A stretch of 64,000 nt of DNA. It comes from an uncultured delta proteobacterium. GTDB taxonomy: Bacteria; Myxococcota; Myxococcia; Myxococcales; Myxococcaceae. Shown piece by piece: positions 18,162 through 27,194 of the stretch. The position numbers and the translations under genes are program-made. The notes beneath the pieces are model-generated. The model worked only from the letters and a program-made list of their open reading frames with translations. It made no database searches and was not told the origin of the DNA. Where the stretch lies: the NCBI GenBank assembly GCA_963776345.1, contig CAVZMH010000016.1, forward strand, positions 640,001 through 704,000. The letters run 5' to 3'. The number at the start of each line of letters is the position of its first letter. Positions within the stretch are counted from its first letter, which is position 1.

Positions 18162-18934
18162 TTTGCGCCCTCCTTGTCCATCTGCGCCGCGATCTTGCTC
18201 GCGATGGACTTGACCCGCGCCTCCTCGGCCGGGTCGTCCGGAACGTGGCCTTCCTGGACCCGCGCCAGCTGGGCCCGCGCCCCGGCGACGTCACCATCGC
18301 TCCAGAGCGTCTCCGCGAGCCAGGCCGTGGCCCGAAGATTGTTCGGATCGAGCGCCAGCGCCTTCCGGTACCAGGTCGCCGACTTGCCGAGGTTCCGCTT
18401 CGGCCACGGAAGCTCCCAGTAGTACCGACCCTTGGCGATGAGCGGCATCTCCTTCTGGAACCTGGGGTCCATCTCGATCGCCCGGTCCAGCCGCTGGTTG
18501 AACTTGCTCTCCAGGCCCTCGCCGAGCGCCTTGAGGATGCCCACCGCCTGGCTGTAGATGCCGATGCCCGCCGCCCCGTAGTAGTGCCCGCCGACCCACG
18601 CTGGCTTTGCCTTCGCCATCCGGTCGCCGAGGTCCCAGACCTCGCGGCCGAGCTGCTTCTTCCGGTCGTTGTTCTCCAGGCCGTCGCCCACCCAGAGCGT
18701 GGCGCGGGCCAGCCGGAACATCCGCTCCACGTCGTCGGGCCGGGCGGCCAGCGCCGCGCTGGCCTGGCGGATCCCCTCCTCGGCCTTCGCCGGTTCGCCG
18801 CGCTCGCGCCAGAGCGCGTCGAGCGCCGCCAGCGTCGGGTCGGTTCCGGCTGCGGGGAATCCGGCGTCTGCAACGTCGGCGGCCAGACACACCGCCGGAC
18901 ACATCAGGAGAAACAGTAGACACGTCCAGCGCAT
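18158..18934 (-). CDS. Secreted TPR-like protein
   Basis: Signal peptide MRWTCLLFLLMCPAVCLA, helical repeats, GRYYWELPW. ATGA overlap with the ligase. Confidence 0.7.
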   Translation of the reverse strand: MRWTCLLFLLMCPAVCLAADVADAGFPAAGTDPTLAALDALWRERGEPAKAEEGIRQASAALAARPDDVERMFRLARATLWVGDGLENNDRKKQLGREVWDLGDRMAKAKPAWVGGHYYGAAGIGIYSQAVGILKALGEGLESKFNQRLDRAIEMDPRFQKEMPLIAKGRYYWELPWPKRNLGKSATWYRKALALDPNNLRATAWLAETLWSDGDVAGARAQLARVQEGHVPDDPAEEARVKSIASKIAAQMDKEGAK

Positions 18935-19069
18935 GGCTGGCGGTTCGCGTAACACGCGGCCGACGCCAGTCGCAAGGAAGGCGGTCCCGGGGTGGCGCGA
19001 TGCGTCAGCGCCCCTCGGCCCGGGACAGGCGCCGGGTTCCCGGGGCGGCGCAGGGCGCCGCCTCGAGGC

Positions 19070-19813
19070 TCAGGCCGCGTCGGCCTCGGCAGGGAGGTCG
19101 AGCTGCTCCTCGTCCTGGTTGAACGCGGAGAGGTACCGGGCGAGGAAGTGCTTCGTCTTCAGCTCCACCTGGCGGACGCGCTCACGGCTCACGCCCCAGC
19201 GCTGACCGAGCTCCTCCAGGGTCCGCGGCTTGTCCTGCGTCAGCCGCTCCTGGACGATGTCCCACCCGAGGTCGCCGATGCGCTTGCGGACCTTGGCCAG
19301 CGCCTCCTGGACGTCGGTGTCCTGCTCCCGGCCCAGGAAGGTGTCCTGCGGTCCGGCACTGGGCTCCTCGAGCCGGTCGAGGAAGGTGGTGTCGCCGTCC
19401 TCGTCGATGGTCGTGTCGAGGCTGAAGTCCACCATCGAGCCGCGCTCCGACTCGCCGCCGCGCACCTGGCTCCGGTTGTCCTTCAGGTACCGGGTGATGT
19501 ACGCGCGGATCCACCACACCGCGTAGGTGGCGAAGCGGACGTTCTTCTTCGGGTCGAAGTGCTCGATGGCCTTCATCAGGCCGACGTTGCCTTCCTGGAC
19601 GAGGTCGTCGAGCCGGGCGCCCCGGTGGGCGAACTTCTTGGCCACCGCCACCACGAACGGGAGGTTCGACAGGGCGAGCGTGTCGCGGGCGGAGGCGTCG
19701 CCCTTCCGGGCGCGCCGGGCGAGCTCGTACTCCTGCTCGCGGGTGAGCTGGGGTCGGCCGCCAATCTGGCGGAGATACGAGGAAAGACTCTCAGAGCGGG
19801 CAACGCTGGCCAT
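19070..19813 (-). CDS. Alternative sigma-70 family factor (compact)
   Basis: YLRQIG (region 1.2), DLVQEGNVGLMKA..FDP...RFATYAVWWIR (region 2), TLEELG...VSRERVRQVE (region 4). AAGGAGG SD. Confidence 0.92.
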   Translation of the reverse strand: MASVARSESLSSYLRQIGGRPQLTREQEYELARRARKGDASARDTLALSNLPFVVAVAKKFAHRGARLDDLVQEGNVGLMKAIEHFDPKKNVRFATYAVWWIRAYITRYLKDNRSQVRGGESERGSMVDFSLDTTIDEDGDTTFLDRLEEPSAGPQDTFLGREQDTDVQEALAKVRKRIGDLGWDIVQERLTQDKPRTLEELGQRWGVSRERVRQVELKTKHFLARYLSAFNQDEEQLDLPAEADAA

Positions 19814-20129
19814 GTGGCAAACCTCCTTTCGTGGGATTTGCTGCGGTGATTCGACCCCGGGGGGGTCTTCAGAGGCCCTTCTTGGACGCACGAGGCGCCT
19901 CCGGGTTTCGCGCGCTACAAAACAAAGGACCCCCGGCATTCCTCCCCCTTACGCGACGAATTGGGTTTGCTTGCGCAGCCCCGGGGCGGCGGCAGGCCCA
20001 GGGGCAGTTGCCCGGGAACTGCTCTGGATTTTCCCGGCAGCCGGAGGGGCGAGGGGCCCCCAGCCCGGCTTGGCCCCCGGGCGAGGGGCCTGGGGCCCGG
20101 CCGAAACCCATCCCCGCGGGCGCCGCGGG

Positions 20130-21527
20130 TCAGTCCGGCAGGAAGAGCTTCCCGGGGTTCAGGAACCCCTCGGGGTCGAAGAGCTGCTTCAGCTTCCGCT
20201 GGAGCGCGAGCACGGCCGGCGCCTGCTCGAGCGGGAGGAGGTCCCGCTTGGCGACGCCGATGCCGTGCTCCCCGGTGATGGTGCCGCCGAGCTCGATGGC
20301 GACCACCGCCATCTGCCGGAGCGCGTCATCGACCCTCGGCCGGTCATCGGTGGACTCGAAGAGGATGTTGGCGTGGAGGTTCCCGTCGCCCGCGTGCCCG
20401 TAGGTGGCCACGGTGAGCCCCAGCGCCTGCCCGATGGCCTTGCACCGGTCGATCATCTCCGGGATGCGCGAGCGGGGGACGACCATGTCCTCCGACAGCT
20501 TGTGCTTGGCCATGCCCCGCAGGGCGATGCTCACCGTCCGCCGCGCGGCCCAGAGCTTCTCCCGCTGCCCCTCGTCCTGGGCGAGCCAGGTCTCCTTGGC
20601 GCCGTGCTGCTCGGCGATCTCCCCGAGCCGGGCCAGCTCGCCGAACACCGCCTCGGGCACGTTCCCGTCCACCTCGGCGAGGACGCAGGCCCCGGTGCCG
20701 GGCGGGAAGTTGAAGCCCTTGCCGTCCACCGCCTTCACCGCCAGGTCGTCCATCAGCTCGAGCGTGCGGGGGAGGACGCCGGCCGACAGCACCGCGCTCA
20801 CCGCCCGGGCCGCGGCCCGGACGTCGGAGAAGACCAGGAGCGCGGTCTGGACCTCGCGCGGCAGAGGAAGCAGCTGGACCGTGATCTCGGTCGCGATGCC
20901 CAGCGTGCCCTCGCTCCCGACCAGCAGCCCCACCAGGTCATAGCCGGCCACGCCCTTGATGGTGCGGCGGCCGACCCGGAGCACCTCGCCGTCGGGCATC
21001 ACCCACTCCATCCCCAGCACGTAGTCGCGGGTCACCCCGTACTTGAGCGCGCGCGGGCCGCCGGCGTTCTCGGCGATGTTGCCGCCCATCGTGCACCACT
21101 CCCAGGAGTTGGGGTCCGGCGGGTAGAACAGCCCCTTCGCCTCCACCGCCTTCATCAGATCTCCGGTGACCACGCCCGGCTCGACCACCGCGACGAGGTC
21201 CTCGGTGGAGATGGACTTGATGGCGTTCATCCGCTCGACGCTGAGGACGACGCCGCCCTCGACCGGCATCGACCCGCCGCTCTTCCCGCTCCGGGCCCCG
21301 CAGGGGGTCACCGGGACGCGGTGGGCGCGGGCGATCTTCAGCACCCGCGAGACCTCCGCCGTCGTCCGGGGGAGCACCACCAGATCGGCCGGGGTGGTAC
21401 CGAGGTCCGACTCGTCCCGGCCGTAATCCGAGAGCGCGTCGGGATCGGTCTTCAGGGCCGAGGACCCGAGCGCCTCCACCAGCTCGGCGCGGCACGCCTC
21501 CACCTGCTCCTTGCCAGGACGGTTCAT
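20130..21527 (-). CDS. FAD-linked oxidase (GlcD/D-2-hydroxyacid dehydrogenase family)
   Basis: YPPDPNS, GGNIAENAGG, GSEGTLG, GHAGDGNLH, GEHGIG. ATGA overlap with the SDR. Confidence 0.9.
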   Translation of the reverse strand: MNRPGKEQVEACRAELVEALGSSALKTDPDALSDYGRDESDLGTTPADLVVLPRTTAEVSRVLKIARAHRVPVTPCGARSGKSGGSMPVEGGVVLSVERMNAIKSISTEDLVAVVEPGVVTGDLMKAVEAKGLFYPPDPNSWEWCTMGGNIAENAGGPRALKYGVTRDYVLGMEWVMPDGEVLRVGRRTIKGVAGYDLVGLLVGSEGTLGIATEITVQLLPLPREVQTALLVFSDVRAAARAVSAVLSAGVLPRTLELMDDLAVKAVDGKGFNFPPGTGACVLAEVDGNVPEAVFGELARLGEIAEQHGAKETWLAQDEGQREKLWAARRTVSIALRGMAKHKLSEDMVVPRSRIPEMIDRCKAIGQALGLTVATYGHAGDGNLHANILFESTDDRPRVDDALRQMAVVAIELGGTITGEHGIGVAKRDLLPLEQAPAVLALQRKLKQLFDPEGFLNPGKLFLPD

Positions 21528-22219
21528 CCGAACATCTCCACCAGGCTCCCGGACATGGCCAGCGGGGCCTCGACGCAGAGGAAGGTCACCACCCGCGCCA
21601 CCTCGGCGGGGCTCATGTCGGGCGTCCAGCCGGAGCCCTCCAGCATCTCGGTGTCCACGCTGCCGGGGAGCACCGCGGCGACGAGCACGTTGCGCGCCTT
21701 CACCTCGGCGGCGAGCGCCTGGGTGAAGCCGTTGAGCCCCCACTTGCTGGCGCAGTACGCGGTCATCCCCGGCGTCCCGAGGCGGCCGCTGATCGACGAG
21801 ACGTTCACCACCCTGCCCCACCGGCGCTCGGCCATCCCGGGAACGCAGCGCCGGGCGAGGTAGAAGGGCCCGTTCAGGTTGACCGCGATCACCCGGTCCC
21901 AGTCGGCGTCGCTCATCTCTGCCACCGGTCGTCGGAGGGCGATCCCGGCGTCGTTCACCAGGACGTCCACCGGCCCGAGGCCCCGCTCGACCTTGGCCAC
22001 CGCCTCGTCCACGGCCCGTGCATCGGCCACGTCGGCGGCGACGGCGAGCGTGCGGGCGCCCCGGGCCCGGAGCGGATCGGTCACCGCCAGGCTCCCCGGC
22101 TCGGTCGTGGAGAGGACCGCCACCGCCGCCCCGGCCGACGCCAGGTGCTCGGCGACGGCCCGGCCGATCCCCCGCGAGCCGCCGGACACCAGGGCCACCC
22201 GCCCGGCGAGACCGCTCAC
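21524..22219 (-). CDS. Short-chain dehydrogenase/reductase
   Basis: SGGSRGIG, NDAG, YCASK. GTG start overlaps the folE stop. Confidence 0.9.
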   Translation of the reverse strand: MSGLAGRVALVSGGSRGIGRAVAEHLASAGAAVAVLSTTEPGSLAVTDPLRARGARTLAVAADVADARAVDEAVAKVERGLGPVDVLVNDAGIALRRPVAEMSDADWDRVIAVNLNGPFYLARRCVPGMAERRWGRVVNVSSISGRLGTPGMTAYCASKWGLNGFTQALAAEVKARNVLVAAVLPGSVDTEMLEGSGWTPDMSPAEVARVVTFLCVEAPLAMSGSLVEMFG

Positions 22220-22827
22220 CGCGACGCTCCAGCGGCGGCGACGCGGGCCCACAGCTCGCGCCGGAGCATCCCGTCCTTGCGCAGCACGCCCTCGTACGCC
22301 TCGGCGTGGGTGACCGCGTCCCGCTGCTCCTCGCCGCGGACCCGCAGGCACGCCTGGTGGGCCTCGATGATGCACGCCGCGCCCGGGCTCTCGAGGCCCC
22401 GGGCGAGCGAGCGCGCCACGCCGCGCGCGAGGTGCTCCTGGAGGATCAGCCGGTGCGCCCAGGTGTCGAGCAGCGCCGCGAGCCGTCCGAAGCCCACCAC
22501 GAACGCGCCCGGCACGTAGGCCAGGTGGGCGCGGCCCTCCACCGGAAGGAGGTGGTGCGGGCACATCGAGTGGAAGCGCAGGCCGGTGATCACCACCAGC
22601 TCGCCCCGGGAGCCCTCGGGCACCGGGAGGCGCTCGGCGAGCACCGTGTCCGGGTCGCGCCCGTACCCATCGAGGAAGTGCTCCGCCCAGGCCTCGGCGA
22701 CGCGGGCCGGGGTGTCCTTCAGCTCGGGGTCGTCCGGCGGGAGCCCCGAAGAGACCAGGAACGCCTGGACGGCGCGCCGCATCCCCTCGAGGTCCGGTGC
22801 CGGGCCGGTGCGCCCCCGGGGGCTCAC
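22216..22827 (-). CDS. folE: GTP cyclohydrolase I
   Basis: L.DTPARVA, SMCPHHLLP, RLILQE, EAHQACLRVRG. GTG start overlaps the queD stop. Confidence 0.88.
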   Translation of the reverse strand: MSPRGRTGPAPDLEGMRRAVQAFLVSSGLPPDDPELKDTPARVAEAWAEHFLDGYGRDPDTVLAERLPVPEGSRGELVVITGLRFHSMCPHHLLPVEGRAHLAYVPGAFVVGFGRLAALLDTWAHRLILQEHLARGVARSLARGLESPGAACIIEAHQACLRVRGEEQRDAVTHAEAYEGVLRKDGMLRRELWARVAAAGASR

Positions 22828-23177
22828 TCCGCGCTGTACGTGACGCAGTACTCGGGCGTTTCCCACAGGCGGAGCTCCTTGAGCTGGGGAAGCTGCGGCT
22901 TCAGCCGATCCCAGATCCAGACGATCACGTTCTCCGCAGTGGGGTTGTCGAGGAAGTCGTTCAGGGTGTGGTGATCGCACTGGTTGAGCGCGAGCTCCCA
23001 GGTCTTCTTTCGGATCTCCTCGAAGTCGATGATCATCCCGTCGCGCGGGTTGGGCTTGCCGGTCACGGTGACCTGGAGCTTGTAGTTGTGCCCGTGCATC
23101 CGGAAGCAAGGGCCGTCGTAGTAGGGCAGCCGGTGCGCGGCGCAGAACGGGAAGTCGACCGAGAGGTCCATCGGCAT
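22824..23177 (-). CDS. queD: 6-carboxytetrahydropterin synthase (QueD/PTPS-I type)
   Basis: AAHRL, C-x3-HGHNY, GMIIDF, DH..LN, PTAEN, WET. Confidence 0.88.
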   Translation of the reverse strand: MPMDLSVDFPFCAAHRLPYYDGPCFRMHGHNYKLQVTVTGKPNPRDGMIIDFEEIRKKTWELALNQCDHHTLNDFLDNPTAENVIVWIWDRLKPQLPQLKELRLWETPEYCVTYSAE

Positions 23178-23234
23178 GGGCTCGTCGTAACCCCGATCTC
23201 CCGGCCCTGCAATCGCCCCGCCCGAGGCGACCGA

Positions 23235-24719
23235 TCACCGGCCCCGAGCCAGCCGGTCCAGCACTCGCGCCAGCACCTCGACCCCGCGGCGGATCTCGTC
23301 TGGCGGCACCGCGGCGAACCCGAGCTGCAGCCCCTCGCGCCGGAACCGGCCTCCCCACTCCCCTCCGAGCGCAGTCACCTCGACGTCCTCCGCCGCCGCG
23401 GCGCGGATGGCGGCGTCCGCGTGCAGGCCCCTGCCGAGGAAGCCGGAGGTCTGGAGGCCGGCCTCGACCGGTGACAGGGTGAGCAGATCTCCGAGCCAGC
23501 GCGCCGCGCCCTCGTAGAGCACGGCCCGGCGCTCGGCGTAGACCTCTCGCATGCGCCGGACGTGGCGCCCGAGGTGGCCCTCCTCGATGAATGCGGTGAG
23601 CACCGCCTGGTCGAGAACCGGAGGGTGCCTGACCGTCGCGGAGCGGAGCGCCGCCATGATTTCCACCAGAGGCACGGGCAGCACGAGGTAGCCGAGCCTT
23701 AACCCCGGAAACAGCACCTTCCCGAAGCTGCCGGCCAGGAGCACCGGGGCGTCTGGCTCGAGGCCCTGGAGCGCAGGAATCGGGCGACCCTGGTAGCGGT
23801 ACTCGCCGTCGTAGTCGTCCTCGAAGAGCACCGCCCCGCTCGCGTGCGCCCAGCGGAGCAGCGCCAGCCGCCGCGCCACGCTCATCGTGACGCCCAAGGG
23901 GTACTGGTGCGCGGGCGTGGTGTAGACCAGCCGTACTCCGGCCAGCCGCCGGTGGTCCACCACCAGCCCCTCGCCGTCCACCGGCACCGGGACGAGCCGG
24001 GCGCCGACAGCGGTGAACGCGCGCGCCGCGCCACCGTAGCCCGGATCCTCGAGGCAGACCCGGTCGCCCGGGTCGACCAGGAGGCGCGCGGCGAGGTCGA
24101 GGGCTTCCTGGACGCCCGACACGACGGCGATCTGGTCGGGCTCGCAGCGTGCGCCGCGGGCGGCGCGGAGGTGCGCGGCGATGGCCTCCCGGAGCGGACG
24201 ATGGCCGAGCGGCTCGGACCCGAGCAGGAGCCGCGTGGACGCCCTGCGGAGCACCCGACCGGTGACCTGCGCCCAGAGCGTGGCCGGGAAGAGCTCGAGC
24301 GCGGGGAGATCGGTCCGGAAGGCGCGCGTCCGTCTCGGCTCGAGGACCGGGAAGGCACGGACGCGCCGGCCGAACCGGGACAGGGTGATGTGGGCCGGGC
24401 GTCGTGCCCGGAGCGCGCCCTGCGGCCGCTCCCCGAGGCCGAGCAGTGCGTCCGGCGGCACGGGGACGACGAAGGTCCCGGACCCCACCGTGGAACGCAC
24501 GTACCCCTCGGCGCGGAGCTGCGCGAACGCGGCGACCACGGTCCCCCGGGCGAGGCCGTGCTGGCGCGCAAGGTCCCGGGTGGCCGGGAGCCGCGCGCCG
24601 GCGCGGAGCCTGCCGCCAAGGATCGCCGAGCGAAGCGCCTGGTACAGCCAGCGCTGCGCAGGCTGCCCGGCCAGGCGCGACCCGAGGACCAGCTCCAGGG
24701 TGCCGGCGAATCGAGCCAT
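23235..24719 (-). CDS. MocR/GabR family PLP-dependent transcriptional regulator
   Basis: GntR HTH (RLPATRDLA...ARGTV...L.AEGY) plus an aminotransferase domain (TPAHQYPLG, EDDYDGEY, SFGKVLFPGLRLGY). Confidence 0.93.
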   Translation of the reverse strand: MARFAGTLELVLGSRLAGQPAQRWLYQALRSAILGGRLRAGARLPATRDLARQHGLARGTVVAAFAQLRAEGYVRSTVGSGTFVVPVPPDALLGLGERPQGALRARRPAHITLSRFGRRVRAFPVLEPRRTRAFRTDLPALELFPATLWAQVTGRVLRRASTRLLLGSEPLGHRPLREAIAAHLRAARGARCEPDQIAVVSGVQEALDLAARLLVDPGDRVCLEDPGYGGAARAFTAVGARLVPVPVDGEGLVVDHRRLAGVRLVYTTPAHQYPLGVTMSVARRLALLRWAHASGAVLFEDDYDGEYRYQGRPIPALQGLEPDAPVLLAGSFGKVLFPGLRLGYLVLPVPLVEIMAALRSATVRHPPVLDQAVLTAFIEEGHLGRHVRRMREVYAERRAVLYEGAARWLGDLLTLSPVEAGLQTSGFLGRGLHADAAIRAAAAEDVEVTALGGEWGGRFRREGLQLGFAAVPPDEIRRGVEVLARVLDRLARGR

Positions 24720-24765
24720 GTGGACCAGTCCATCAAGACTAAATGGCCATTTCAAGCTGGTCCAC
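24720..24765. promoter_or_regulatory. Likely MocR operator between divergent genes
   Basis: GTGGACCAG (24720-28) and CTGGTCCAC (24757-65) form an inverted repeat flanking the palindrome AAATGGCCATTT (24741-52). Confidence 0.65.
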
Positions 24766-24784
24766 TGACGGCTAGGGATGGGCC

Positions 24785-25201
24785 ATGAACCCTCCTGACT
24801 GGCTGGCCCGCTCCGCCCCCCGCTATGCCCGGCTCGCGCTGGGCGCCGCGTTCCTCTCCGGCATCGCCAGCCGGTTCGGGTTGTGGGGCAGGAACGTGGG
24901 GTACGGCAGCTTCGCCGCCTTCGAGCAGTACACCGCCGAGGTGAACGCCTTCATGCCCCGCTCGACCATCCCCTTTCTCGCGTGGACGGCGACGGCGGCC
25001 GAGCTCGGCCTCGGCCTGGCGCTGGTGCTGGGCCTCTGGCCGCGGCCGGTCGCGCTCGCCTCGGCTGTACTCCTCGCGCTGTTCGGTTTGGCGATGGCAC
25101 TGTCCCTGGGAATCAAGTCGCCGCTCGATTACTCGGTGTTCTCCGCCTCCGCGGCCGCGCTGCTCCTCGCCGCGCGGGCGCCGGCCACCGAGCGTCCCTG
25201 A
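24785..25201 (+). CDS. DoxX family membrane protein
   Basis: ARLALGAAFLSGIASRFG.WG, AELGLGLALVLG, K.PLDYSVF. Confidence 0.75.
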   Translation: MNPPDWLARSAPRYARLALGAAFLSGIASRFGLWGRNVGYGSFAAFEQYTAEVNAFMPRSTIPFLAWTATAAELGLGLALVLGLWPRPVALASAVLLALFGLAMALSLGIKSPLDYSVFSASAAALLLAARAPATERP

Positions 25202-25209
25202 TCCACGCC

Positions 25210-26142
25210 ATGCGCGCCTCGCTCGACGTCTCCCCTGCTCCACCCGCCGCGTCGACTGACCCGGCCGTCCAGTCCGCGAGCCCCCACGGGGCGGACTGGC
25301 TCCTGCTCCTGGGGCCTGGCCTCATCTGGGGCGCCTCGTTCCTCTTCATCGCCGAGGGGCTCCAGTCCGTCGCGCCGAACGGTCTGACCTTCGCCCGCAT
25401 CCTGGTCGGCTTCGTGACGCTGGGGCTCGCGCCGTCCGCCCGGCGGCCCATCGCCCGCGAGGACCGCGGAAGGGTGGCGCTCCTGGGCCTTCTCTGGCTC
25501 GCGCTCCCGCTCAGCATGTTCCCCTTCGCCGAGCAGCGGGTGTCCTCGGCCCTCACCGGGATGCTGAACGGGGCCAACCCGCTCTTCGTGGCCATCGTCG
25601 CGGCGGCGTTCTCCCGGCGGCTGCCGGGGCGTGACGTGCTCCTGGGGCTCGCCGTCGGGCTCGTCGGCGCCGTCCTCGTGGCCTGGCCGAGCCTCCGCGT
25701 CGGCGGGAGCAGCGTCGATGGCGTGCTGCTCGTGCTCGCGGGAGTGAGCTGCTACGGGTTCGCCCTCAACCTCGCGCGGCCGCTGCAGCAGCGGAGCGGG
25801 GCGCTGCCGGTCATCTGGCGTGCCCAGGCCTGGGCGCTCCTCATGACCGCGCCGCTCGGCCTCCCCGAGCTGCTGCGCGCGCACTGGACGCCCGGACCGC
25901 TCCTCTCGGTCCTGGCGCTCGGCGCGCTCGGGACCGGCGTGGCCTACGTGCTCCTGGCGGTCGCCGCCGGGCGCATGGGTGCCACCCGGGCCTCGGCGAC
26001 GACCTTCCTCATCCCCGGGGTGGCCCTGGTCCTCGGCGCGGCGGTGCGGGGCGAGCATGTGGCCGGGCTGTCCATCCTCGGCGGGGCGGTCTGCGTGGCC
26101 GGGGCATGGCTGATGCGGCGGGCCCAGCTCGCCGTGCACTGA
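25210..26142 (+). CDS. EamA/DMT family transporter
   Basis: LIWGASF, duplicated membrane halves, [13 protein letters not shown]. Confidence 0.88.
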   Translation: MRASLDVSPAPPAASTDPAVQSASPHGADWLLLLGPGLIWGASFLFIAEGLQSVAPNGLTFARILVGFVTLGLAPSARRPIAREDRGRVALLGLLWLALPLSMFPFAEQRVSSALTGMLNGANPLFVAIVAAAFSRRLPGRDVLLGLAVGLVGAVLVAWPSLRVGGSSVDGVLLVLAGVSCYGFALNLARPLQQRSGALPVIWRAQAWALLMTAPLGLPELLRAHWTPGPLLSVLALGALGTGVAYVLLAVAAGRMGATRASATTFLIPGVALVLGAAVRGEHVAGLSILGGAVCVAGAWLMRRAQLAVH

Positions 26143-26201
26143 GGGTCGCCGCCGTCGCCGCCACTTCCGCGCGCCGGGCGGATGAGGTCTCCTGCCCCGC
26201 C

Positions 26202-26633
26202 ATGTCCCGCCCCGAGCCCGAGCAGCGGACCGCGTACCACTACTTCCGGCGCATCCCGACGCGCTGGATGGACAACGACGTCTACGGGCACGTCAACAAC
26301 GTCGTGTACTACTCGTACTTCGACACGGTGGTGAACGCCTTCCTGGTGAACGAGGGCGGGCTGGACATCGACTCCGGTCCGGTCATCGGGCTGTGCGTCG
26401 AGTCACAGTGCCGCTACCTCTCGCCGCTGGCCTTCCCGGACGTGCTCGACGCGGGGATGCGCGTCTCGCGCATCGGCCGCTCCAGCGTGCGCTACGAGGT
26501 CGGCATCTTCCGGGCGGGCGAGGACGCCGCCGCCGCGCAGGGCCACTTCGTCCACGTGTTCGTGGACCGGACGACCCGCCGGCCGGTGGATCTCCCGGAG
26601 CGGATGCGCCTCGCGCTCACCCGACTCGCCTGA
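26202..26633 (+). CDS. Hotdog-fold acyl-CoA thioesterase
   Basis: [22 protein letters not shown]. Confidence 0.9.
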   Translation: MSRPEPEQRTAYHYFRRIPTRWMDNDVYGHVNNVVYYSYFDTVVNAFLVNEGGLDIDSGPVIGLCVESQCRYLSPLAFPDVLDAGMRVSRIGRSSVRYEVGIFRAGEDAAAAQGHFVHVFVDRTTRRPVDLPERMRLALTRLA

Positions 26634-26645
26634 CGGGCCGGCGCG

Positions 26646-27194
26646 TCACTTCACCGCGGCGGAGATGCGCTTGAACTCCGGGGTCTCGGCGGTCCCGAGC
26701 ATCTCGAAGAGCACGGCCTCCACGGACGAGAGCGTCGCCCCCGCCGCCCGGGCCAGCTCCAGCCCCGCCTCGCGGTCCACCGGAGAGCGGCTCAGCACGG
26801 CGTCGATGCACAGCGCGGGGTGGCGTCCCTCGGACGCCAGGTCTCGCACGCTCTGGTAGACGCAGACGTGGGTCTCCATCCCCGCCACCACCACGTGCCG
26901 CCGCCCCGCCAGGCGCTCGCGCACCGCATCGTCCAGCGCGGAGAACCGGAGCTTCTCCACCACCGGCACCTCTCCCAGCCGCTCCCGGATGCTCGGCACG
27001 GTGTGGCCGAGTCCCATCGGGTACTGCTCGGTGACGGCGATCGGCAGGCCCAGCACGCGGGCGCCCTCGATCAGCGCCCCGAGCCGCCCGAGCATCCGGG
27101 CCAGCGCCTCCGGCTCCATCACCGCGGCGAGCCGCTCCTGCACGTCGACCACCAGGAGCGCGGTGTCATCCCGGACCAGCCGGTGCAGCTTCAT
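26646..27194 (-). CDS. Isochorismatase family hydrolase
   Basis: LLVVDVQERL, TEQYP.GLG.T, K..FS, GMETHVCV. ATGA overlap. Confidence 0.88.
   Translation of the reverse strand: MKLHRLVRDDTALLVVDVQERLAAVMEPEALARMLGRLGALIEGARVLGLPIAVTEQYPMGLGHTVPSIRERLGEVPVVEKLRFSALDDAVRERLAGRRHVVVAGMETHVCVYQSVRDLASEGRHPALCIDAVLSRSPVDREAGLELARAAGATLSSVEAVLFEMLGTAETPEFKRISAAVK

Noticed and set aside
21524..23177. Canonical tetrahydrobiopterin pathway (GTPCH-PTPS-SPR)
   Set aside because: The synthase has the QueD-type C-x3-HGH motif rather than the PTPS-II spacing; kept only as an open pterin hypothesis.
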